Shown: piece after piece, positions 40,437 to 49,661 of the stretch | How the letters are laid out: each line of letters opens with the position of its first letter | How positions within the stretch are numbered: the first letter of the stretch is position 1 | From: an uncultured Methylococcaceae bacterium | GTDB taxonomy: Bacteria > Pseudomonadota > Gammaproteobacteria > Methylococcales > UBA1147 | NCBI GenBank assembly: GCA_964619885.1 | Contig: CAZUGA010000001.1 | Coordinates: forward strand, 64,516 to 128,515 | Direction: 5' to 3' | DNA: 64,000 nt | Notes under the pieces: generated by a model | Seen by the model: the letters and a program-made list of their open reading frames with translations, nothing else | Database searches by the model: none | What the model was told of the DNA's origin: nothing | Program-made: the position numbers and the translations under genes

Positions 40437-40898
40437 TTAATCGTCGACCGCGAAGTCAACAATTTCCCTAAGCAGGCTATTCATACGATTAGAAAATTTG
40501 TTCACCTTTTTATCTTCCGTATCCGTCGGTAATAGTCGCGCGGTGACAGTGACATTATTCCCGTTGTCGTAAACGACTACACTACACGGCATATGACGGA
40601 CGGTTTCCGGGGATAGCTCCAGCAATGTTTTTGCGTGGGTCAGATTGCAAAATTGAATGGTATCATAATTCGGGAACTCGATATTATCGCGTTGCCGTAT
40701 CACTTTACCGACCCGGCTATGGCTGGTGATGCGAAAATTTTGATCAGTGATTGCGATTTTGAGTTCGGATAGCACATCGTCATAGGGTTTTTGAGTGGTT
40801 GTACTGTAATAATGAATTGTGTCGTTATATCGATGATTTGATGCCGTGCAAGCGGTAATCAGTAGATTTAAAATTAGACAAAGACACAAAAATCGCAT
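40437..40898 (-). CDS. DUF302-domain lipoprotein
   Basis: 153 aa with lipobox LITAC. The pattern (DVLSELKIAITDQNFRI...FCNLTHAKTLLE...MPCSVVVYDNG) resembles DUF302. Confidence 0.55.
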   Translation of the reverse strand: MRFLCLCLILNLLITACTASNHRYNDTIHYYSTTTQKPYDDVLSELKIAITDQNFRITSHSRVGKVIRQRDNIEFPNYDTIQFCNLTHAKTLLELSPETVRHMPCSVVVYDNGNNVTVTARLLPTDTEDKKVNKFSNRMNSLLREIVDFAVDD

Positions 40899-40992
40899 CG
40901 TGTTATACCTTTTAGTGTTATTGGTTTTTCATCTCCCGCATTAAGCGGTCATTTAAGTGAATTAATCTTGCCGAATTGGAAAGCGTATCATT

Positions 40993-41592
40993 ATGATGGA
41001 AATTCAAGCAACAATTACCGGTATGGTTCTGGCTGGGGGCAGAGCACGGCGTATGGGTGGTGGCGATAAAGGATTGATCGAGTTTGCTGGAAAACCCTTG
41101 ATATCGTATGCATTGTCTGCGTTGTCACCGATAGTTACCCAAGTATTGATCAATGCAAATCGAAATCATGATCTTTATGCCTCATTTGGTTACCCAGTAG
41201 TTTCTGATCATTCAGCCGATTTTGACGGCCCGCTCTCGGGAATACTGAGTTGCATGGAATATAGTACTTCACAATACTTGTTAACCGTCCCCTGCGATTG
41301 CCCACTGATTACTGAACGATCCTTAGCACGAATGATCGGCCAGATGAAAAACTCGGATTTCAATTGTTTTGTCGCCAGTGATGGCGATCGCTTGCACCCG
41401 GTGTTTCTTTTGCTCGATTGTGATTTAGCCGAAAGCTTGAGGATTTATCTGCAGCAGGGAGGCCGAAAAATCGATACATGGTTGTATCAGCACCGGCTTT
41501 GTGAAGTGGATTTTAGCGATCAACCTGAAATCTTCCGAAATATTAATACACCGGAAGAACTGGCGGTCTTAGAAAATGAATATTTAGACTAA
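40993..41592 (+). CDS. mobA: Molybdenum cofactor guanylyltransferase
   Basis: 199 aa with LAGGRARRMGGGDKGL near the N-terminus, GPLSGILS, and PCDCP. Confidence 0.88.
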   Translation: MMEIQATITGMVLAGGRARRMGGGDKGLIEFAGKPLISYALSALSPIVTQVLINANRNHDLYASFGYPVVSDHSADFDGPLSGILSCMEYSTSQYLLTVPCDCPLITERSLARMIGQMKNSDFNCFVASDGDRLHPVFLLLDCDLAESLRIYLQQGGRKIDTWLYQHRLCEVDFSDQPEIFRNINTPEELAVLENEYLD

Positions 41593-41603
41593 GGAATGTT
41601 GGA

Positions 41604-42446
41604 ATGGCAAGCCTAGATCCCTGTTTTACTGTAGGTCATATTCAGATGACACGCGCTGGATTGCAATCTTCAGCGAAGGTCAACGCGGTGGATGAAAAAG
41701 GTCAAAATCGTGAAATCGAGTTGGCTGGAGAACGACCTTTGACCCTGTTTGTCGACAAGCGTGAGATTGTTACGCTGATGACCATCGGAACCCATCCGGA
41801 ACTTTTAACACTGGGTTACCTGAAGAATCAAGGGATAATACAAAATATTGATTCGATACGCGTAGTGCAAGTTGATTGGGAAACTGAAGCGGTTGCGGTT
41901 GTGACGGATGGCAATGTGCCTGACTTTGAATCGCAGTTGAGCCAACGAACTGTGACCACTGGTTGTGGACAGGGTACCGTATTCGGACGATTGATAGACA
42001 AACTTCAGGAAATACGGATGGAGCGTGTGCCGTTAAAGTTGTCCACCGTGTATGGGGTTCTGAGCGCGTTACGGGATTACAACGAAGTATACAAACGTGC
42101 TGGTGCGGTTCATGGATGTGCTTTGTGTTTCGACGATAAAATCGATTTTTTTGTCGAAGATGTTGGACGGCACAACGCGGTTGATGCGATAGCGGGTCAT
42201 ATGTGGCTAAATGGGATTGAAGGCAGCGACGCTATTTTTTATACCACCGGTCGGTTGACCTCCGAAATGGTCATCAAGGTGACTCAAATGGGCATTCCGG
42301 TGCTTCTTTCAAGGTCCGGTGCGACACAAATGGGGTTGGATTTGGCCAGGCAAGCGGGCGTAACTTTGATTTCCCGCGCCAAGGGACGCCATTTTCTGCT
42401 ATTGAATGGCGCCGAAAGTTTTGTCTATGACGACCCAGGCCGGTAG
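41604..42446 (+). CDS. fdhD: Formate dehydrogenase accessory sulfurtransferase
   Basis: 280 aa with TTGCGQG (the conserved Cys loop), GAVHGCAL, GRHNAVD, SGRLTSEMV. Confidence 0.9.
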   Translation: MASLDPCFTVGHIQMTRAGLQSSAKVNAVDEKGQNREIELAGERPLTLFVDKREIVTLMTIGTHPELLTLGYLKNQGIIQNIDSIRVVQVDWETEAVAVVTDGNVPDFESQLSQRTVTTGCGQGTVFGRLIDKLQEIRMERVPLKLSTVYGVLSALRDYNEVYKRAGAVHGCALCFDDKIDFFVEDVGRHNAVDAIAGHMWLNGIEGSDAIFYTTGRLTSEMVIKVTQMGIPVLLSRSGATQMGLDLARQAGVTLISRAKGRHFLLLNGAESFVYDDPGR

Positions 42447-44224
42447 TTTTTTAGATATTCCGCGAATTGATCGGCCGATAAAGGTTTGCTAATAAAAAAC
42501 CCCTGAATCCATTCACAACCAGCGGATTTAAGACTATCCAGCTGTTGTTGGTTTTCCACCCCTTCGGCGGTGACGTGCAATTCCAACGCGTTCGCCATCG
42601 ATAGAATCCCTTTGGTTAGGGCTAAACCTTTGGAATTCTTTTCCAGTTCGGCGATCACCGATCGGTCTATCTTTACGCGGTCGACATTAAAAGTTCGGAC
42701 AAGTCCCATCGAAGAATAGCCGATTCCGAAATGGCTTAGAGCGATTTCTACGCCCAGTGATTTCAATTTGTTTAATTTTTCTTCTAGCTCTGGGGGTGCA
42801 TCTATAAAGGCACTTTCAGAAATCTCCAGTGATAAGCTATCTGCGGGTAGGTTCGTAGTTTGCAGGATTCTTGAAATAGCTGATAAGCAATAGTTGATGT
42901 AATAGCACTGTCTGGAGGCAATGTTGACCGCAATTTTCAAATTTTCTGGGTTGGACTCGGCCCATGTTTGAGCTGCGGCGCAGGCATGATGAAGGATCCA
43001 ATCGCCCAACCTAAGTATCAAGTCGCTTTGTTCTGCAATTGGAATGAATTCGTCGGGTAGTAGCAATCCGCGATCCGGGTGTTGCCAGCGAACCAGCGCT
43101 TCCGCGCCAACCAATTTTAGCGACGATGTTTCGTAGATCGGTTGGAAATACAGAACCAACTGGTTTTGTTCTATTGCACATACCAGCTCTCTAGCTAATG
43201 TCGCACGTTCGCGTACGTCCTCGCTGAGTTGCGGTGAATAAAAAATAGTACCCCCGTTTAGCTCTGATTTTGCATGAGAAAGCGCAAGTTCGGCATTGTT
43301 TAGCAGCGAATCTACGTTTAGACTGGTTGGTGAGAGTTTAGCCACGCCAATTCGTAACTTCGTGAAATACTGGCTCGTTTCTAGGCGAAACGGTCGCTGG
43401 AATGCAGCTGATAGATTAGTGCAAATACGTTCGGAACAGTTCGAGCCTTCAGTTTCAAGCATGACTATCGAAAATTTATCGGCACCGATGCGGGCAATTG
43501 AATTGGCTTCCTGGACAGTATCCAACAGGCGATTTGCGGTTTGCTGTAATAAGGCGTCGCCATTCACATAGCCCAGTGCTTTGTTGAGATGCTTGAAATC
43601 AGCCAGGTCAAGCAATAGCAACACTACCCCTACATCGTTTGCCTTTGCAGTTTCTATCAGTTGGGCGAGTTGTTCTCTGAATAAAATCAGATTCGGTAGT
43701 GTAGTCAGCGAGTCGTAGTTGGCTAGACGGTACAACTGTGCTTCGGCATTCTTTCGATCCATGATTTCCTGAGTAAGATCTTTGGTCCGTTCGGCAACGG
43801 TATCTTCCAATTGACGGTTATATTTTTTTAATTGATCGCGTGTTTGTTCCAAAATAAGGTGCGTATTCACTCGGGCTTTGACGATAGGGGGACTAATCGG
43901 TTTTGTAATATAGTCGATCGCACCCAATTGAAAGCCTTTGGTTTCGTCGTCGACTTCGCTGCGCACGGTAAGGAAAATAATTGGAATATCCCGACTCTTG
44001 GCATTTTGTTTCAATCGTTTGCAGACCTCATAGCCGTCCATGCCGGGCATAACGATGTCCAAAAGGATCAAGTCGGGTGGTGCATCAGACAATGTACGTT
44101 CTATGGCTTGTTCGCCGTTCAACGCAATCACGGTGCGATATTCTGTGTTCAATAAATTGACCAGAATGTTAATGAAAAACCGTTCGTCATCGACAATTAA
44201 AATTTTGGGTTTTGATAAGATCAT
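42425..44224 (-). CDS. Response regulator with degenerate GGDEF and EAL output domains
   Basis: 599 aa. Intact receiver (DDER...DLILLDIVMPGMDG...KP). The GGDEF site reads GADKF (nt 43472-43486). The EAL domain keeps EAL, N, EISE, KIDR, EGVE and QGF, but DDFG reads SHFG (nt 42731-42736). Confidence 0.85.
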   Translation of the reverse strand: MILSKPKILIVDDERFFINILVNLLNTEYRTVIALNGEQAIERTLSDAPPDLILLDIVMPGMDGYEVCKRLKQNAKSRDIPIIFLTVRSEVDDETKGFQLGAIDYITKPISPPIVKARVNTHLILEQTRDQLKKYNRQLEDTVAERTKDLTQEIMDRKNAEAQLYRLANYDSLTTLPNLILFREQLAQLIETAKANDVGVVLLLLDLADFKHLNKALGYVNGDALLQQTANRLLDTVQEANSIARIGADKFSIVMLETEGSNCSERICTNLSAAFQRPFRLETSQYFTKLRIGVAKLSPTSLNVDSLLNNAELALSHAKSELNGGTIFYSPQLSEDVRERATLARELVCAIEQNQLVLYFQPIYETSSLKLVGAEALVRWQHPDRGLLLPDEFIPIAEQSDLILRLGDWILHHACAAAQTWAESNPENLKIAVNIASRQCYYINYCLSAISRILQTTNLPADSLSLEISESAFIDAPPELEEKLNKLKSLGVEIALSHFGIGYSSMGLVRTFNVDRVKIDRSVIAELEKNSKGLALTKGILSMANALELHVTAEGVENQQQLDSLKSAGCEWIQGFFISKPLSADQFAEYLKNYRPGSS

Positions 44225-44299
44225 CGATTATCTTGGGGATTTCTAGTGGGTAAGTCGGTGCGATAGAACGAGCGCAAAAGTACTATTTACGGCCATTAT

Positions 44300-47017
44300 C
44301 TATTCTACCAAGTTGATATTGAGGGATGTTGCGATCTTATTTAGTGATCGCCGAGCGTCTTCAAACCGAAAATAGTTGATCCGATGAATCAATTCTAAAA
44401 CTTGATCGTCAATGTCGAAATAGTCCAGATGGATTTTTATTTTTTCCATGAGCTCTAGGGCTTCAGAGTCTCCTTGTCGCAACAGGATATCCATATGAGC
44501 CAAAATTTCTTTAACCTTAGAACGATCAGGTTTTACTGCCGTTGAATATGGTCGCCTGTTTGCGTTGGATCGATCGGTCTGTTTCAACGCGCTCATCAGG
44601 TCTGAAAAACTCTGATTGAAATCCTGAACTGCTGTGTTGTCAGGCGAACTATTGGAGTGCATAGCGGAATACAGTGTTTTGCTGCTTTGGTATAAATTTT
44701 TCGCACCAATATTGGCTGCAATGCCCATTATCGTGTGGACAATTCGTTTGGCAGTATCAAAATCACCTCGGGTAAATGCTTGTTGGATAGCGTCGCTGTC
44801 CAAATAGTGATCTCGATGAAATTCTTGCAGTAATTTAATATAAAATGACTGATTATTATTGACATGCGATAAACCCGTTTTTGTATCGAGGTGGGGGGAA
44901 ATTTTTGACAATAGTGAGGTTTTAGAGGGTAATGGCCGACCAGGGTTCAATGGTTTGAGAATGGGGCGCTTGATCCACCTCTGTAGTGTTCTATAAAGCG
45001 TATAGCTATCGATGGGTTTGGTAATGAAGTCATCCATACCGGCATTCAAAGCTATATCCCGGTCGTTTTGTGTTGCGTGTGCCGTCATTGCGATGATTGG
45101 CATACCCAGTAGATTGGGATTGCGCCGTATCTCCTTAGTTGCAGAGAGACCGTCCATTTCCGGCATTTGAATATCCATTAATACAAGATCGAAATTTTTG
45201 CGTTTTAACTGCTTAACGGCTTCTAGTCCGTGGTTGGCAATGGTTACAGCGCCGCCGAGTTGCTCTAATAATTCGCGCGCCACCTGTTGGTTTACCCGAT
45301 TATCTTCTACCAATAAAATTTTGTGTAACGCCTTGTTTTTAGAAGCTCCAACCTCGGGCTCGCCTGCCTTATGTGATTGCTGTTCAATCGATAACTTCGT
45401 AATCGATTTGTACAGGCGTGCTGGCGTTAATGGTTTCGGTAAAAAAGATTTATAAGGTGAACTGTCCGGTTCTAGCGATGGATCATTATTGGTGATGCAT
45501 AATACCGACGGTTTAATCCTTGGGACAGGTAGGGACTGGATTTGTTCGACTGTTTGAATGGCTTGGTCAGGCGTTAAACCGGATCCTATAATCACCAATG
45601 CATGAGGTTTTATGAGTTGCCCAAGAATAGTCCGAACGGCCTTATCATGGCTATCGCATACGCTGCTTTGGATGGCAAATGATTCCAATAGTCGGCATAT
45701 TGACAGCGCTAGATCCGGATCGGGTTCTACTACCAACACATTCAATACCATGAATTTCCGGGGATATTGGAATTGTTTTGAAATTGATGGGTTCAACGCG
45801 GTGCTAATAGGTAGTTGGCCGGCGCAATAAGCGTGCGCATGGTCTTCGAGTCCGATTTCAAGCTTACCCTCCATTAACCGCATTAATTCTCTACAAATGG
45901 CTAGATTCAATCCGCGTTGAGCATAACGATTGTTGATATCTATTGATGGTTGATTTGGATCAATCTCATGGTTTTCCGTTTCGCGCGCTTTAGCCCCAGT
46001 GTTGTTTAAGGTGTTTATAGAAAAGTACAACTTCGAGTCTTTTCGATCGGTTCGGTTTGGCTTAACGACAATTTTAAACTTCGATTGTCCACTGAATTCA
46101 ATAAGCTTGACGGTCAGGTGGGTTAGAATTTGTCCGATTCTGACCGGATCACCTATCAGGCCTAGCGGCTGCGTATCGTCAATCTCGAAAACAAAATCAA
46201 TATTCTTTTCGCGTGTTTTAAAATGAAATGAATTGACTACCGCTTCGAAAATGTCGTATAGGTGAAATTCGCGAGGTTCGATTTGTATTTGTTGGGATTC
46301 CAGTTGGGATAATTCGAAAACATCATTGACGGTATTTAACAGGGTTTGGCTGGATTGTTGGATATTGCTTATATCATTCCGTTGCGCCTCGGATAATTGG
46401 CTTTGTAGCAGCAGGTAGCTCAAGCCGGAAATCGCGTTCATCGGTGTTCGAATTTCGTGGCTGATCGTCGCTAAAAAATCGCTCCTATATTGGACTTCAT
46501 GTTGCTCAAACTGGTCTCTTCTTAGCAATTCGTTTTCAGCGGTTTTTAATTCGGTGATGTCGGCAAGCGAACCCACTAATTTTGTCGCTTTGCCAAATTG
46601 GTCGGATTCTGAAATTCGAGATAGAAATAGAACGTGGCGGTAACCGTTGTGTTTGGAATGAATGCGAAAACTGCATTGGAACTCATCTTCACGTTGTTGT
46701 ATCGAGGATTTGACCTTGGATAGAACGGATTCTCGATCTTCGGGATGAACCAAGCTATCGAAGATTCCGTAGTGTTGATTTAGACAGGTTGGATCAAAAC
46801 CTAGCAGGCGTATGTAAGCAGGACTTAAAAACATGTTATCCGCCATTAAATCGCAAGCCCAATAAGCTTCGCGCAGAGTTTCCATGGCTAGACTAAATTT
46901 AGCGTCCTGCTCCCGCAGTTTTTCGGACAATTGCCGAAAACGATTCGAAAAAAATAGATAGAGCAGCACGATGAGGGTTGCTGCAAACGCTATTGGCCAG
47001 AAAATAATGGGATCCAT
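44300..47017 (-). CDS. Hybrid sensor histidine kinase (TM-PAS-HisKA-HATPase-like, pseudo-receiver, receiver, Hpt)
   Basis: 905 aa. H-box SHEIRTPMNAI, then a catalytic-domain-like region with atypical N/G1/G2 boxes. Next come a receiver-like segment without an obvious acceptor Asp and a canonical receiver (LVEDNRVNQ...DLVLMDIQMPEMDG...KP). C-terminal Hpt (VHTIMGIAANIGA). Confidence 0.85.
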   Translation of the reverse strand: MDPIIFWPIAFAATLIVLLYLFFSNRFRQLSEKLREQDAKFSLAMETLREAYWACDLMADNMFLSPAYIRLLGFDPTCLNQHYGIFDSLVHPEDRESVLSKVKSSIQQREDEFQCSFRIHSKHNGYRHVLFLSRISESDQFGKATKLVGSLADITELKTAENELLRRDQFEQHEVQYRSDFLATISHEIRTPMNAISGLSYLLLQSQLSEAQRNDISNIQQSSQTLLNTVNDVFELSQLESQQIQIEPREFHLYDIFEAVVNSFHFKTREKNIDFVFEIDDTQPLGLIGDPVRIGQILTHLTVKLIEFSGQSKFKIVVKPNRTDRKDSKLYFSINTLNNTGAKARETENHEIDPNQPSIDINNRYAQRGLNLAICRELMRLMEGKLEIGLEDHAHAYCAGQLPISTALNPSISKQFQYPRKFMVLNVLVVEPDPDLALSICRLLESFAIQSSVCDSHDKAVRTILGQLIKPHALVIIGSGLTPDQAIQTVEQIQSLPVPRIKPSVLCITNNDPSLEPDSSPYKSFLPKPLTPARLYKSITKLSIEQQSHKAGEPEVGASKNKALHKILLVEDNRVNQQVARELLEQLGGAVTIANHGLEAVKQLKRKNFDLVLMDIQMPEMDGLSATKEIRRNPNLLGMPIIAMTAHATQNDRDIALNAGMDDFITKPIDSYTLYRTLQRWIKRPILKPLNPGRPLPSKTSLLSKISPHLDTKTGLSHVNNNQSFYIKLLQEFHRDHYLDSDAIQQAFTRGDFDTAKRIVHTIMGIAANIGAKNLYQSSKTLYSAMHSNSSPDNTAVQDFNQSFSDLMSALKQTDRSNANRRPYSTAVKPDRSKVKEILAHMDILLRQGDSEALELMEKIKIHLDYFDIDDQVLELIHRINYFRFEDARRSLNKIATSLNINLVE

Positions 47018-47277
47018 AACCGATGTGGCACTATGTCAAATTTCTCTTGGGTAACGTTTTAACTTGAAACCTATCCATTTGTATCCGTCCTGTAGATTTC
47101 AATGTAAATAGGCGAATATAGACTTCCGAGAAAGTCATTCAGTCTAACGGCGACGTGAGTTGAGGGTTACCACGACGGCGGGTGGTCTAGCACAGGTCGA
47201 ATATCGCGACACATCAGTTTTGGCCCTGTTTGGGACATAGCGGGCTAGCAAGTGTTGGGTTGGCCACCCGAATTGAT

Positions 47278-47321
47278 GGAACGGGCGATACCAAATCTAA
47301 ACTTCGGTAGTTGCCCGTTCC
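47278..47321 (-). terminator. Long hairpin downstream of htpX
   Basis: ggaacgggc ... gcccgttcc (9-bp perfect outer stem plus inner pairing) about 55 nt after the htpX stop. No clear U-tract. Confidence 0.3.
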
Positions 47322-47375
47322 TGATATTTGACGAAATCTGGGGTAAATAAAGATAGCGTATTATCAAAATATTCT

Positions 47376-48257
47376 CTAACCGCGTTGTTGCAGCGCTGCG
47401 ATTCTTTCTTCCAGCGGCGGATGACTCATAAATAAAGATTGCAAGCCTGCCCTGACTCCGCTGCTAATCCCGAATGCGGCGAATTCCCCGGGTAGAGGTT
47501 GAGGTTCGTGAGCCCTTTGTAACGCTCTTAATGCATTGATCATTTTGGTATTACCGGCCAGGTCAGCACCACCGGCATCGGCTCGAAATTCCCGCCACCT
47601 GGAAAACCACATTACGATCATTGTCGCGAGGACCGATAGGCAAATTTGCGCAATTATTTGGGTGATATAGTACGCCGGTCCAAATCCACGTTCAGTTTTG
47701 AACACAATTCGGTCTACCATGTGTCCGATAATGGTTGCAAAGAAATATACGAAGGTATTGACGACACCTTGCACCAGTCCCAAAGTTATCATATCGCCAT
47801 TCGCGACATGACTGATCTCGTGTCCTATTACGGCTTCCACTTCGTCGCTTTGCATGCTTTGTAACAGGCCGGTACTGACCGCGACAAGAGCGTCATTTTT
47901 ATTCATTCCGGTTGCGAACGCATTGGGGGTTGGCGTATCGAAAATGCCTACCTCGGGCATGCCGATGCCAGCGCGTTCGGCTTGGTTCCTAACTGTCGCC
48001 AAAATCCATTTTTCAGTGGAATTGCTCGGTTGCTGGATTATCTGGACACCCATGGAACGCTTTGCCATCCACTTGGATGCGGCCAAGGAAATAAAGGATC
48101 CGCTCATCCCGATTACGGCAGACATAATCAACAAGGAGTTGAGGTCAAGGTTTACACCCTGCTCATCGAGAATTCCGTTCAGACCCAATAGGTTGAACAC
48201 AATACTTATCAATACCAATATGGCTGCATTGGTGGCCAAAAACAATAAAATTCGCAT
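47376..48257 (-). CDS. htpX: Membrane zinc metalloprotease HtpX (M48)
   Basis: 293 aa with TM segments, HEISHVANGDM (HExxH), and a C-terminal HPPLEERI. Confidence 0.93.
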   Translation of the reverse strand: MRILLFLATNAAILVLISIVFNLLGLNGILDEQGVNLDLNSLLIMSAVIGMSGSFISLAASKWMAKRSMGVQIIQQPSNSTEKWILATVRNQAERAGIGMPEVGIFDTPTPNAFATGMNKNDALVAVSTGLLQSMQSDEVEAVIGHEISHVANGDMITLGLVQGVVNTFVYFFATIIGHMVDRIVFKTERGFGPAYYITQIIAQICLSVLATMIVMWFSRWREFRADAGGADLAGNTKMINALRALQRAHEPQPLPGEFAAFGISSGVRAGLQSLFMSHPPLEERIAALQQRG

Positions 48258-48315
48258 GTGATTATTCCTCTAACCTAGACAATCAAATGATACTATAGGG
48301 GTTGAGGGTTCCAGA

Positions 48316-49539
48316 ATGCAAGGCCAAAAAACTCTGATTTTAAGTAGCTTGAGTGAAATTCTGTGTCCTAATGGGTGTGTAAACAAAAATTGGATTGAGT
48401 TGATGGATTATTGGGCTAAATTTGAATTCGTCATATTGCGGTTATGGGTTTTGATTGCGGTTGTTTCTGTTGAGGCTACTCATGCTGATATGGCAGAAAA
48501 AATTCAAGTTCCAGAAGGATTTGAAGTCAAAGTCTTTTCAGATAAGGTGCCCAATGCAAGGTCGATGGCGTTGGGTGACGGCGGAATCGTTTACGTGGGA
48601 AGCCGCACGGAGGGTAAGGTTTACGCGCTAAAAGATAGCAATAACGATGGAATGGCGGATCAAGTCTACATCATTGCCAGTGACTTAACTTTGCCCAACG
48701 GTGTGGCCTATCTGGATGGTTCTTTGTACGTTGCCGAGGTGCCGCGTCTGATTCGCTTTAACGGAATTACATCCAAGCTGAATAAACCGCCTCCGTTTGA
48801 AATCGTTTATGATTGGTTTCCAACCAAATTACACCATGGTTGGAAATATCTGCGTGTTGGGCCAGACGGCATGCTGTATCTGCCAATCGGAGCGCCTTGC
48901 AACGTCTGTCGGGAGAAAAAGGAAATTTTCGCGACGATCATGAGGATATCGCCGGAAGGCGATGATCTGGAAATAGTAGCGCGGGGCGTACGTAATAGCG
49001 TTGGTTTTGATTGGCACCCGCAATCGGGTGCAATGTTCTTTAGTGATAATGGCAGAGATTGGATGGGTGATGATCTGCCACCCGACGAACTGAATCACCT
49101 AAGTAGCGACGATCTACATTTTGGATTCCCATTTTGCCATGGTGACCGTTACCTCGATACAGAATTCGGTATCGATGATTCCTGTACAAACTATACGCCA
49201 CCTGCTTGGTTATTCCCAGCGCACAGTGCCCCATTGGGTATTCGATTTTATACCGGCGACCAATTTCCGAAGGAATATAAAAATCAACTCTTTGTTGCGC
49301 AGCACGGGTCATGGAATAGATCTGAACCTGTAGGTTATAGAATCGTGTTGGTCAAGTTCAAAAATGCTAAACCAGTCGCCAGCAAGATTTTTGCCAAGGG
49401 TTGGTTGGATGCGTCAAATGTGGTGAGGGGTCGGCCGGTCGATTTGCTGCAGTTGCCCGACGGTAGTCTTTTGGTTTCGGATGACAAAAATGGTGCAATT
49501 TATCGAATAAGCTATCCAAGCAATCACAATAGTCGCTAA
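48316..49539 (+). CDS. PQQ-dependent sugar (sorbosone/glucose) dehydrogenase-like beta-propeller protein
   Basis: 407 aa. The likely true start is Met30 (48403), giving a signal peptide ending in ATHA. Repeated LPNGVAY / LYVAE / GVRNSVGFDWHP motifs are typical of soluble aldose dehydrogenases. Confidence 0.65.
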   Translation: MQGQKTLILSSLSEILCPNGCVNKNWIELMDYWAKFEFVILRLWVLIAVVSVEATHADMAEKIQVPEGFEVKVFSDKVPNARSMALGDGGIVYVGSRTEGKVYALKDSNNDGMADQVYIIASDLTLPNGVAYLDGSLYVAEVPRLIRFNGITSKLNKPPPFEIVYDWFPTKLHHGWKYLRVGPDGMLYLPIGAPCNVCREKKEIFATIMRISPEGDDLEIVARGVRNSVGFDWHPQSGAMFFSDNGRDWMGDDLPPDELNHLSSDDLHFGFPFCHGDRYLDTEFGIDDSCTNYTPPAWLFPAHSAPLGIRFYTGDQFPKEYKNQLFVAQHGSWNRSEPVGYRIVLVKFKNAKPVASKIFAKGWLDASNVVRGRPVDLLQLPDGSLLVSDDKNGAIYRISYPSNHNSR

Positions 49540-49661
49540 TCTGTTTGGTCTAGTCGGATCTGTATTGATCGCAATCTTAGCGGTATGTTTTTGATTGAAA
49601 AGCTACGATTATTCGAAGATATGTACTAATCCGTATTGTTTATTCAAATTCGATCGATACC

